Source: Pristiophorus japonicus (taxonomy: Eukaryota). From it: 64,000 nucleotides of DNA. Below, piece by piece: positions 52,877 to 64,000 of this stretch. Both the position numbers and the translations under genes were made by a program. The stretch covers positions 47,182,001 through 47,246,000 of the forward strand of contig NC_091995.1 of NCBI RefSeq assembly GCF_044704955.1. Direction: 5' to 3'. Within the stretch, counting starts at the first letter, position 1, and each line of letters starts with the position of its first letter. The notes beneath the pieces are model-generated. The model saw only the letters and a list, made by a program, of their open reading frames with translations. It had not been told where the DNA came from and made no database searches.

Positions 52877-54303
52877 TAAGAACATAAGAACATAAGAAAT
52901 AGGAGTAGGCCATTTGGTCCCACGAGCCTGCTACGCCATTTAAGAAGATCATGGCTGATCTGATCTTGGGCTCAGCTTCACTTCCCCGCACGCTCCCCAT
53001 AATCCTTCAGTCCCTTATTGTTCAAAACTCTGTCTATCGCCACCTTAAATTTATTCAATGACCCAGCCTTCACAGCTCTCTGGTGGAAAGAATTTCACAG
53101 ATTTACAACCCTCTGAGAGAAGAAATGTCTCTTCGTCTCAGTTTTAAAATCGGGGTGGCTCCTTAGTCTAAGATTATGCCCTCTAGTTTTAGTCTCCTCC
53201 ATCAGTGGAAACATCCGCTCTGAATTCACCTTGTCAAGTCCCCAATAATATTATACGTTTCAATAAGATCACCTCTCATTCATCTGAATTCCAATGTGTA
53301 GAGGCCCTTCCTACTCAACCTTTCCTCATAAGACAACCCCCTCATCTCGGAATCAACCTGGTGAACCTTCTCTGAACTGCCTCCAAAGCAAGTATATCCT
53401 TCCTTAAATATGGAAACCAAAACTGCACGCAATATTCCAGGTGTGGCCTCACCAATACCCCGCAAAACTGCAGCAAGACTTCCTTGCTTTTATACTCCAT
53501 CCCTTTTGCAATAAAGGCCAAGATTCCATTGAACTTCCTGATCACTTGCTGTACCTGCAGACTCACCTTTTGTGTTTCATGTACAAGTACCTCCAGGTCC
53601 CGCTGTCGTGCAGCATTTTGCAATTTTTCTCCATTTATATAATAACTTACTCTTTGATTTTTTTCTGCAGAAGTGCATAACCTCACACTTTCCAACATTA
53701 TACTTCATCTGCCAAATGTTTACCACTCAATTAGCCTGTCTATGTCATTTTGCAATTTTTGTGTGCCCTCCTCACACATTGCCTTTCCTCCCATCTTTGT
53801 ATCATCAGCAAACTTCACTACTTTACACTCGGTCCCTTCTTCCAAGTCATTAATATAGATTGTAAATAGTTGGGGTCCCAGCACTGATCCCTGTGGCATC
53901 CCACTAGTTACTGATTGCCAACCTCAGAATGAACCATTTATCCCGACTCTCTGTTCTCTGTTAGTTAGCCAATCCTCTATCCATGCTAATCTATTACCCC
54001 CAACCCCGTGAACTTTTATCTTGTGCAGTAACCTTTTATGTGGCAGCTTGTCAAATGCCTTCTGGAAGTCCAAATACACCACATCCACTGGTTCCCCTTT
54101 TTCCACCCTGTTCGTTACATCCTCAAAGAATTCCAGAAAATTTGTTGAACATGATTTCCCTTTCATAAATCCATGCTGACTCTGCCTGATCGAATTATGT
54201 TTTTCCAAATGTCCTGCTACTGTTTCTTAAATAATGGACTCCAACATTTTCCCAACCACAGATATTAGGTTAACTGGTCTATAGTTTCCTGCTTTTTGTC
54301 TGC
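52876..54303 (-). mobile_element. CR1 LINE 3' part; its upstream continuation is the + fragment at 57365-57512
   Basis: RT fragments 53280-54208; tail (CATAAGAA)n at 52876. Confidence 0.93.
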
Positions 54304-56452
54304 AGGATTTATCACTGTGAATCTCCTGGTCCACAATGTGTAATATCACTGGGAATCTCTGGGTCCATAATGCATAGTATCACTGGGAATTTCCGGGTCC
54401 ATAATGCATAGTATCATGGGGAATCTCCGGGTCCATAATGCATAGTATGACTGAGAATGTCCTGGTCCATAATGTGCAGTATCACTGGGAATGTCCGGGT
54501 CCATAATGCACAGTATCACTGGGAATGTCCTGGTCCATAATGTGCAGTATCACTGGGAATATCCTGGTCCATAATGTGCAGTATCACTGGGAATATCCTG
54601 GTTCATAATGCACAGTATCACTGGGAATCTCCGGGTCCATAATGTGCAGTATCACTGGGAATATCCTGGTCTATAATGCACAGTATCACTGGGAATCTCC
54701 GAGTCCATAATGCACAGTATCACTGGGAATGTCCTGGTCCATAATGCACAGTATCACTGGGAATCGCCGAGTCCATAATGTGCAGTATCACTGGGAATAT
54801 CCTGATCCATAATACACAGAATCACTGGGAATCTCGGAGTGCATAATGTGCAGTATCACTGGGAATGTCCGGGTCCATAATGCACAGTATCGCTTGGGAA
54901 TCTCCGAGTCCATAATGCACAGTATCACTGGGAATCTCCGGGTCCATAATACACAGTATCACTGGGAATCTCCTGGTCCATAATGTGCAGGATCACTGGG
55001 AATGTCCGGGTCCATAATGTGCAGGATCATGGGAATGTCCTGGTCCATAATGCACAGTATCACTGGGAATATCCTGATCCATAATGCACAGTATCACTGG
55101 GAATATCCTGATCCATAATGCACAGTATCACTAAGAGTATCCTGATCCATAATGCACAGTATCACTGGGAATGTCCTGGTCCATAATGTGCAGTATCACT
55201 GGGAATGTCCTGGTCCATAATGTGCAGTATCACTGGGAATGTCCGGGTCCATAATGCACAGTATCACTGGGAATATCCTGATCCATAATGCACAGTATCA
55301 CTGAGAGTATCCTGATCCATAATGCACAGTATCACTGGGAATGTCCTGGTCCATAATGTGCAGTATCACTGGGAATGTCCTGGTCCATAATGTGCAGTAT
55401 CACTGGGAATGTCCGGGTCCATAATGCACAGTATCACTGGGAATGTCCTGGTCCATAATGTGCAGTATCACTGGGAATATCCTGGTCCATAATGTGCAGT
55501 ATCACTGGGAATATCCTGGTTCATAATGCACAGTATCACTGGGAATCTCCGGGTCCATAATGTGCAGTATCACTGGGAATCTCCGAGTCCATAATGCACA
55601 GTATCACTGGGAATGTCCTGGTCCATAATGCACAGTATCACTGGGAATCGCCGAGTCCATAATGTGCAGTATCACTGGGAATATCCTGATCCATAATACA
55701 CAGAATCACTGGGAATCTCGGAGTGCATAATGTGCAGTATCACTGGGAATGTCCGGGTCCATAATGCACAGTATCGCTTGGGAATCTCCGAGTCCATAAT
55801 GCACAGTATCACTGGGAATCTCCGGGTCCATAATGCACAGTATCACTGGGAATCTCCTGGTCCATAATGTGCAGGATCACTGGGAATGTCCGGGTCCATA
55901 ATGTGCAGGATCACTGGGAATGTCCTGGTCCATAATGCACAGTATCACTGGGAATATCCTGATCCATAATGCACAGTATCACTGGGAATATCCTGATCCA
56001 TAATGCACAGTATCACTGAGAGTATCCTGATCCATAATGCACAGTATCACTGGGAATCTCTGGGTCCATAATGTGCAGTATCACTGGGAATGTCCTGGTC
56101 CATAATGTGCAGTATCACTGGGAATGTCCTGGTCCATAATGCACAGTATCATTGGGAATCTCTGGGTCCATAATGCACAGTATCACTGGGAATCTCCGGG
56201 TCCATAATGCACAGTATTACTGGGAATCTCCGGGTCCATAATGTGCAGTATCACTGGGAATCTCCGGGTCCATAATGCACAGTATCACTGGGAATGTCCG
56301 GGTCCATAATGCACAGTATCACTGGGAATCTCCGGGTCCATAATGCACAGTATCACTGGGAATGTCCTGGTCCATAATGTGCAGTATCACTGGGAATCTG
56401 CGGGTCCATAATTTGCAGTATCACTGGGAATCTCCGAGTCCATACTGCACAG
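54304..56452 (+). repeat. 34-bp satellite 2 (CAGTATCACTGGGAATCTCCGGGTCCATAATGCA), ~63 units
   Basis: Tandem array; an 884-bp (26-unit) higher-order duplication is marked by GAATCGCCGA at 54761 and 55645. Confidence 0.96.
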
Positions 56453-56956
56453 TTTCCCTCCACTGGGATGTGCATCAGAAAGTAAAGGAAGAAATATGAG
56501 TGCAGGGAGAAGGAATATGAGTGAAGACCAATATGGGGCTTATTTATGTGATAAAGCAGAGCATCTCTGCTGAATTTGTGAATGTCGAGATCAGGGTTAG
56601 AAACTCTATTCAGTTGTAGCGCTAAATGGGTGCCCTGTAATATGCCCCAGTTGATTTTCCCTTCAATCAAAGTGAATGGAAATGAATATTGGGCGGTGTG
56701 TATAACAGGCGCGCGGTACATTACCACCTGTTTAGTGCTAATGCCCAATAACAATTTCTATCCCAGTGTATAAGAAAAAGTTATCTCAAGAGAAATATGG
56801 GTGAATGTGCAGAATGTTACAATGCAGGTTGGCGATGAGGCCAGAGGAGATTGTGAAAATCTGCACTGAGCCCTGACATTTCTGCCTGGTCACAGAAACA
56901 AAGGTTGGCACATTCAGCTCAGTAAATGGCCCCAAGAGAAGTAAGAATGGGGAATG

Positions 56957-57275
56957 AACAACAGTAACAACAACTTGCATTTAAATAGCACCTTTAACAT
57001 AGGAAAACATCTGAGGAGCTTCACAGGAGAGATTATAAAGCAACATTTGACACCAAGACACATAAGGAGATATTAGGACAGTTGACCAAAAGCTTGGTTA
57101 AAGTTAGATTTTAATTATTATCATAAAGGAGGAGAGAGATGTGGAGGGGCAGAGAGATTTATGGAGGGAAATCCAGATGTAGGGCCTCGGCAGCTGAACT
57201 CACGTCCACAATTGATGGAGTGATTAAAATCCAGGATCTGCGACAGGCCAGAATTGGAGGAGCGCAGAGCGGAGG
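56957..57275 (-). mobile_element. L2 3' fragment (same family as 50965-51720)
   Basis: Reverse complement of the L2 3' end (ACAACTTGCATTTA...GACCAAAAGCTTGGT...GGCCAGAATTGGAGGAGC). Confidence 0.8.
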
Positions 57276-57364
57276 TTACATAGATAGGGGAAGGGCGAAC
57301 CTATCAATGGATTTCAACACGAGGATGCAATTTTTAAAACCATGCCATTGCCAGATTGGGATTG

Positions 57365-57512
57365 AATGATGGCCTACATCCTAGTGTCTTAAAAGCAGTG
57401 GTTTCAGAGATAGTGGATGCACTGGTTGCAATCTACCAAAATTCCCGGGAGTCTGGAGAGATGCCACGGATTGAAAAACTGCAAATCTAACGCACCTATT
57501 TAAAAAAGGAGG
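57365..57512 (+). mobile_element. CR1 internal fragment (displaced 5' part of the 52876-54303 copy)
   Basis: Aligns to the in-window CR1 at ~45568-45713 and ends at TTTAAAAAAGGAGG. Confidence 0.85.
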
Positions 57513-57515
57513 GAG

Positions 57516-57711
57516 GTGGAAGCTGGGTCATTGAATAAATTTAAGATAGAGATAGACAGTTTCTTAACCGATAAGGGAATGAGGGGTTATGGGGAGCGGG
57601 CAGGGAAGTGGACCTGAGTCCATGATCGGATCAGCCATGATTGTATTAAATGGCGGAGCAGGCTCGAGAGGCCATAAGGCCAACTCCTGCTCCTATTTCT
57701 TATGTTCTTAT
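57516..57711 (+). mobile_element. Short CR1 3' end (~195 bp)
   Basis: Matches 6124-6327; tail TTCTTATGTTCTTATG runs directly into the satellite. Confidence 0.9.
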
Positions 57712-58070
57712 GGACCAGGATATTCCCAGTGATACTGTGCATTACGGACCAGGATATTCCCAGTGATATTGTGCATTACGGACCAGGATATTCCCAGTGA
57801 TACTGCGCATTATGGACCCGGAGATTCCCAGTGATACTGTGCATTATGGACTCACAGATTCCCAGAGATACTACACATTACGGACCAGGACATTCCCAGT
57901 GATACTGTGCATTATGGACCCAGAGATTCCCAGAGATACTACACATTATGGACCAGGATATTCCCAGTGATACTGTGCATTATGGACCCGGAGATTCCCA
58001 GAGATACGACACATTATGGACCAGGATATTCCCAGTGATACTGTGCATTATGGACCAGACGATTCACAGC
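57708..58070 (-). repeat. 34-bp satellite 2, reverse orientation (~10 units)
   Basis: TGCATTATGGACC.GGA.ATTCCCAGTGATACTG is the reverse complement of the 54304-56452 unit. Confidence 0.95.
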
Positions 58071-58752
58071 TTGTATCTGCAGTTGAGTTTGACGGACAGA
58101 TGGGAGATAATCCTTTTTGTAAAATCCACAATGCTATTCGCATTTTTATGGCTTTATTTACCGGCACTTGTACTTTCAGGGATTGCTGTGATTGAACCGT
58201 TAGATCTCTGTCATCGTCCACACCTTCTGCATCTTTCCATCGTGTGACTGTTTCCTTTCTCCCGCATTATATTATCTCTCGTTGTGAGCCGCATTCTGTG
58301 CACATCTATACCATATAACTTTTACAAGATCACAGACTGGATTAGTTCTTTTGAGCAGAGGCGAAGGAAAGATCGGGGACTAGAATATCCAGAATTATCA
58401 CAGGACCTGATTTGGAGATCACTGCCAACCTAGATACACACAAGTGTGTGTTTTCCAAGTTTAAAGTGAACTTCTTAAGGCAGGAGCTTTGAAGATCAGT
58501 TGTGCCTGTATCGGATGGTCATTACCAACGATTCCAAACAGCTTGGAATCCTATCACTGTGGTGAGAGGTGGGAGAGAGTTTCTCTTATTGCCACTGCCT
58601 GTTGAAAACACTGTTTACAGCAGGAATATTTCACCTCATTGCTACTTACAGCAAACATATAAATGCTCAGTCTACGAAATTAGCAACCAGTGGGTATCTC
58701 TTGCAGCTCTTGTTGGGATTTATTGTTGACAGGAATCTCCTCACCTGCATAT

Positions 58753-59020
58753 TATTGTGTATGTAGGCACCTTGTTAATGACTCCACGAGGCAGGGTATG
58801 GTACTTAAACTGTGTAGACTGTAGTCCTTTATTGCAGCTCCTAGAGTGAGGACACTAAGAGGTTAGCTCCCTTTTATACTAGGTTACCTGCAGTGTACAG
58901 GTGACCCTTAGGTCTCCAGCAGCAGCACCCCCTGCTAGGTGTCTAGGTAAGGTGTGTACAGGGTGAAGGTACATTCAGTGTTACAGTACATCATAACATT
59001 GTTGGCATGCACACATAACA
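58753..59020 (-). mobile_element. Solo LTR (Gypsy-type, 268 bp) with 5-bp TSD CATAT
   Basis: CATAT at 58748-58752 and 59021-59025; termini TATTGTGT...ACATAACA; shares GTAGTCCTTTAT with the LTR at 10669; AATAAA and TATAAAA on minus. Confidence 0.8.
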
Positions 59021-60116
59021 CATATGATGTTAATGCAAAGCCCAATTTGTTCTGAACAAGAATCTACTATAATTGTGGTTTTGTGTGTACACACCAGAGA
59101 GGCTTTGTACACTTGGGCCAGTTTCAGCTGAGGGAAAAGGCATGCACTTTAAATTGTGCATGATTGAAATGTGGTGCTTAGGTATTTGTGTGTCGATATT
59201 GCAAAATACGCACTTTTAGCAATATTGTATGTTTTTAATGTTCTGGGCATTTCTCTGAGTGTGGGTCTGTGTGTGACCCGTGTTTATGTCTGACTGTGTG
59301 TGCACACCTGTATATTTGAAGCAAGTGTGTTTATCTGTGAGAGTTTGTCCAGACTTATCGAGTCAAGGTCCTTGGTGATTTGGAAGTATTTGGGGAGTTT
59401 CTGTCAAGGTCCCTAGTTGTTATTCGGACATAAACGCGTAAAGTTTGTAACGTGGGACTGGAGTTCCATATGGCACAGTCCCTCTAGTGGTAGGTTTCCT
59501 TTCCTCAAGGACATTATGAAGCAGTTGAGTTTTTGTACTTCAATCCTTACCATAGTGAATTTCTGGCATTGGCCACAAATTGACAGATATTATTAAATTC
59601 AGTTGTAGCGTTTTTCCCTGATGGGATTCAATTCCACAAACTCTGGGTTGCTAGCACGATACCATAGGCACTTCTTCCCACACCCTTCTGTCAAGCAAAG
59701 TGAGACAGACTCTGCTCCTTGCATTCCGGAGATGTCTCTTGTCCAGCAACATTTGTCACTTATCCAGCAACATTTCCCCCATTTGTGATGATAGACTGAA
59801 TACATGATAATGATGATCCCCACATTATTGATAGAGATGGTCCTATTGTCAGACAGATTGTATAAAATAAGGATTACAATGATCAATGATAGGTTATGAG
59901 CTTCACTATGTAATTACAAACATTGGTCTAGAAATTCATCAGGGCGGTGGTAAAAAGCGGCCAGTATCAGATTGACCGCCCGTTATACGCTGCACCTGAT
60001 ATTCAATCCCATTGACTGCATTGTAACTGAATATCAGGCGCTGCCTATAACAGGTGGCCGATTTACGACTGCCCGGTTTGCACCATCGCCCGAGAGGAAT
60101 TTTGTGGGCCACAATC

Positions 60117-63100
60117 TGTAAAGTCCTGTCCCTACAGTACAGATTCACATGAGGCACATACTGAAGTCAAGGTCACTCAGGACCTGCACCTTCATTACAC
60201 AGCTCTCGAATGCCACACTTGCCTGAGACCTGTCCTTATATACCTGTCTGGGACAGGTATCCAGTGTCTCCTGCAAGTGCACCCCTGGTGGTAAGGTAAG
60301 CTAGTGGTTACAGGTCATATCTAGTTATAGTCATGTACAGCACGGTAAGATACAGTTATGTACAATAGTGTGAGATACATGACATCACCCTCCCCCAAAG
60401 TCTTATTGTCTTTATAGGTTCATTCTCTCAGGTGGTCTACACTCTCGCGTGGAGCGTCTTAGTTGTGGTTTAGTTGTTTGCCTTGGTGCCTGTTGTTCTT
60501 TCGATGTGATTGCTGGTATCTCGCCTGGGCTGTCTGTTTCGTTCAGTATGATTGCTGGTGTCTCGCCTGAGCTGTCTGTTGGGGTTGCCCTTTCCTCAGG
60601 TTGTTCCCTCTGTCTGTCCACCAGGTGTGGTGTGAGTTCCACATTGTAGTCTGCTTCTGGTTCAGCAGTGTTGTTGGTAAATCTACTGTTTACTTGGTCT
60701 ACATGCCTCCGGCAGGTTTGGCCATTGTCCATTTGTACCACCAGTAGCCTGTTTCCTTCCTTGCCTGTTACTGTCCCTGCAAGCCATTTGGTTCCCCTAC
60801 CATAGTTTAGCACAAACACTTTGTCCCCTATCTCATTCCACCTCCCCCTCGAATTTCGGTCATGGTACTCGGTTAGCTTACGGCGCTTTGCCTCAATGAT
60901 TTCATGCATATCTGGGAGGATTAATGAGAGCCTTATCTTTAAGGTCCGTTTCATCAATAGTTGCGCGCGGGGAACTCCAGTCAATGAATGAGGATGAGAT
61001 CTGTATGCCAGCAGCAGTCACGACAGGTGGTCCTGCAGCGTGGGACCTTGGATTTTGAGCATGCCTTGTTTAATGATCTGCACTGCTCGCTCCACCTGGC
61101 TGGTGAAGACTGGCTTGAACGGTGCCGTCCTCATGTGATTTATGCCGTGGGCACTCATAAAATCTTGGAATTCTGCGCTGGTGAAGCACGGACCATTATC
61201 ACTGACCAATATGTCAGGAATGCCGTGCGTTGCGAACATGGTTCCAAGGCTCTCCACAGTGGTGGAGGTGGTGCTCGAGTTTAAAATGGTGCATTCGATC
61301 CACTTTGAAAATGCATCTACAACTACGAGGAACATTTTGCCCATGAATTGACCCACATAGTCTACGTGCACCCACGACCACGGTTTGGTGGGCCAGAGCC
61401 AGGAGCTCAGGGGGGCCTCCCTGGGGGCATTACTGAGTTGGGCACAAATGGTGCACCATTGGACACAGAGCTCCAAGTCTGCGTCAATACCAGGCTACCA
61501 GACGTGGGATCTGGCTATGGCCTTCATGAGAACGATCCCTGGGTGCTCGCGGTGGAGCTCCCGGACAAATGCCTCTCTGCCTCGCAGAGGCATAACTACT
61601 CAGCTGCCACAGGCAATCTGCTTGTAGTGACAGCTCATGCATGCGCCTATGGAAAGGTTTGATCTCCTCGGGGCAGGCATCGCGAGCCTCTGCCCGGTCA
61701 CCAGTTAAGACACATCTTTTTAGTAGGGATCACGTGGGGTCGCTGGTCGTCCAGGCTCTGATTTGACGAGCCGTCATGGGCGAACATCTGGACTCAAAGG
61801 CATTGATTGCCATGACTATCTCACAGTTCAGTTCATCAGACCCTTCCGTGGTCGCCAGGAGTAGCCTGCTAAGCGCGTTGGCATAGTTGTCTGTGCCTGG
61901 TCTGTGCCTTATGGTGTATTGGTAAGAGGCCAGCATGAGTGCCCACCGTTGAATGCGTGCCGAGCCATTGGCATTTATTGCCTTGCTCTCGGATAGTAGG
62001 GACGTGAGGGGCTTGTGGTCAGTTTCTAAAGTGAACTTGGCGCCGAACAGATATTGGTGCATCTTTTTGACACCGTACATGAACGCGAGCGCCTCATTCT
62101 CCACCATTCCGTACCTGCGCTCCGCCCGGGAAAGTGACCTTGAGGCATAAGCTATGGGTTGTAATTTACCCACACTATTGACATGTTGTAAAACGCATCT
62201 GACCCCGTATGCTGACGCATCACATGTAAGAACTAGCTTTTTATCTAGATCAAAGAAAGCCAAAACACTGTTGGAACACAGAAGGTTGCGTGCCTTATTG
62301 AAGGCGCGTTCTTGGGCGTCCCCCCAAAACCAATCGCACCCCTTTCTGAGTAGAACGTGGAGAGGCTCCAGCAGCATGCTTAAGTTCTGCGTAAAGTTCC
62401 CAAAGTAATTGAGTAGCCCGACAAAGGCGCACAGTTCTGAGACATTCCGGGGCCTGGGTGCCAGACAAATTGCTTCGGTTTTGGACTCTGTTGGGCAGAT
62501 TCCATCAGCGGAAATCCTTCTGCCCAAAAATTCAACCTCGGGCGCGAGAAACAGGCACTTGGATTTCTTAACTCTTAGGCCTATCTGATCCAACTGCTTT
62601 AGTATTTCCTCTAAATTGCGGAGATGGGAGTCGGTGTCCCTGCCCATGCTAAGTATGTCGTCTTGAAATACAACCGTCCCCGGGATGGACTTGAGCAGAC
62701 TCTCCATTTTGCACTGGAATATAGCAGCTACCGACCTGATGCCGAATGGGCATCGATTGTACATGAAAAGGCCTCGACGTGTGTTGATGGTGGTGAGTAG
62801 CTTAGACTCATCGGTAAATTCTTGCATCATATACGCAGTTGGTGAGATCTAGTTTTGAGAAAAGTTTTTCTCCAGCCAATGTGGCAAATAAATCCTTCGC
62901 TCTGGGCAGCGGGTATTGGTCCTGTAGGGAGACTCTGTTTATGGTAGATTTGTAGTCCCCACAGATTCGTACGGATCCATCAGGCTTCATGACGGGGACG
63001 ATGGGACTTGCCCAGTCACTAAATTCCATGGGTGAGATAATGTCTTCCCGCAGAAGCCTGTACAGTTCATGTTCAATCTTTTCCCTCATCACATAGGGCA

Positions 63101-64000
63101 CAGCTCTAGCCTTGTGATGGACTGGTCTAGCATCCTGTGGGATGTAGATTTTGACTTTAGCCCCTTTGAAGGTGCCCACACCTGGCTGAAAGAGATGGGC
63201 TAATCAACTTCGAACTGTTGAGCAGGAGGTCCGTTCCTCTGACGACATGGCGTGAACATCATCCCATTTCCAGTTTAGCTTTGCCAGCCAGCTTCTCCCC
63301 AGCAGTGCTGGGAGATCTCCGGGGACAATCCACAGGGGAAGTTGTCCCTTTGTGTGTGACTGAGAGCATGGCGCTGCCAAGGACTGGGACGATTTCTTTG
63401 GTATAGGTTCTTAGTTTGGTGTTGACCCTTGTGAGCTTTGGTCTGTCTCTTTTGTGCGACCACAGCTGTTCAAATTGTTGAGCGGTCATGAGAGATTGAA
63501 TCGCTCCCGTATCCAGCTCCATGTTGATGGGTATCCCGTTGAGTAGGACCCTCATCATTATTGAGGCATCTTGTTGTAAGAACAGTGTCCATTGATCGTG
63601 TTGACCTGCTGTACCTTGGTGTCCCGGGTACTTCCCCATCGCCTGGTCCGCTTTCCGACCCCTCCGATTCGTATACCAGCCAAGCTGCCGTTTTTCTGCC
63701 CATGTGGGCCAGATGCCCTGTATAGTCGCAGTTTCTGCAAACAGCATGCTGAAATCGACACCCCCTTGATGTGTGCCTTCCCCCACATCTCCAGCCCAGA
63801 CCGCTTCAATTGTTTCCAAAGGATGAGCTGCATCTGGCTGATCTCCCTTGAGCTTCTCTCAGTTTGTAGTTGATTGCTCGCATTGTGGGTTGATGAGGTG
63901 TGAATGGCCGTTCATGTGGCCCTTGATGGCTTCTGGCGCCACTGCCTGCTGTTGAAGGCCTTCTCTCCTGCCTTTGTCTGTGTGTGGGTGTAGCGGCTTG
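60117..64000 (-). mobile_element. Second Gypsy LTR retrotransposon (3' LTR 60117-60384, PPT, IN, RNase H, RT, PR, gag knuckle), runs off the window
   Basis: TG...CA LTR with PPT TGGGGGAGGGTGA (60397-60385); MELDTGA, FQDD, TDHKPL and HVDY motifs; frameshifted. Confidence 0.93.

Noticed and set aside
54304-56452. RAG recombination signals (CACAGTA) or 34-bp loxP/FRT-like sites
   Set aside because: No nonamer at 12/23 spacing and no 13-8-13 inverted architecture.

Overview
Vertebrate genomic DNA, most likely from a cartilaginous fish (inferred from the CR1/HER1-like LINE families and the MHC-like exon; species not determinable here). One host gene is supported: a divergent, probably non-classical MHC class I heavy-chain gene on the minus strand. 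Its leader exon (26523-26472, MFRFVFLSLCYFQRAVP) can splice in phase 1 to an alpha-1 domain exon (568-308, ESHSLLYYYT...NNQTS); the alpha-2 and later exons lie beyond the left edge. The inferred 25.9-kb intron 1 holds two CR1 LINEs, a decayed Gypsy element and a 14.6-kb 30/34-bp satellite. The satellite starts about 80 bp from the leader donor, has higher-order repeats, and carries a dense array of AP-1 (TGACTCA) motifs inside a 7-bp hairpin. Upstream is a nested retroelement cluster: several CR1 subfamilies, a near full-length Tx1-clade LINE with a 69-bp monomer array, RTE, L2, an RTE-tailed SINE-like element, a solo LTR and a second Gypsy. There is also a 76-bp minisatellite and a second 34-bp satellite split by an inferred 3.2-kb inversion. 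A possible second, splice-dead leader exon lies at 58131 on the plus strand. No prokaryotic features or CRISPR array are present; most ORF-track entries are TE fragments or repeat artefacts.
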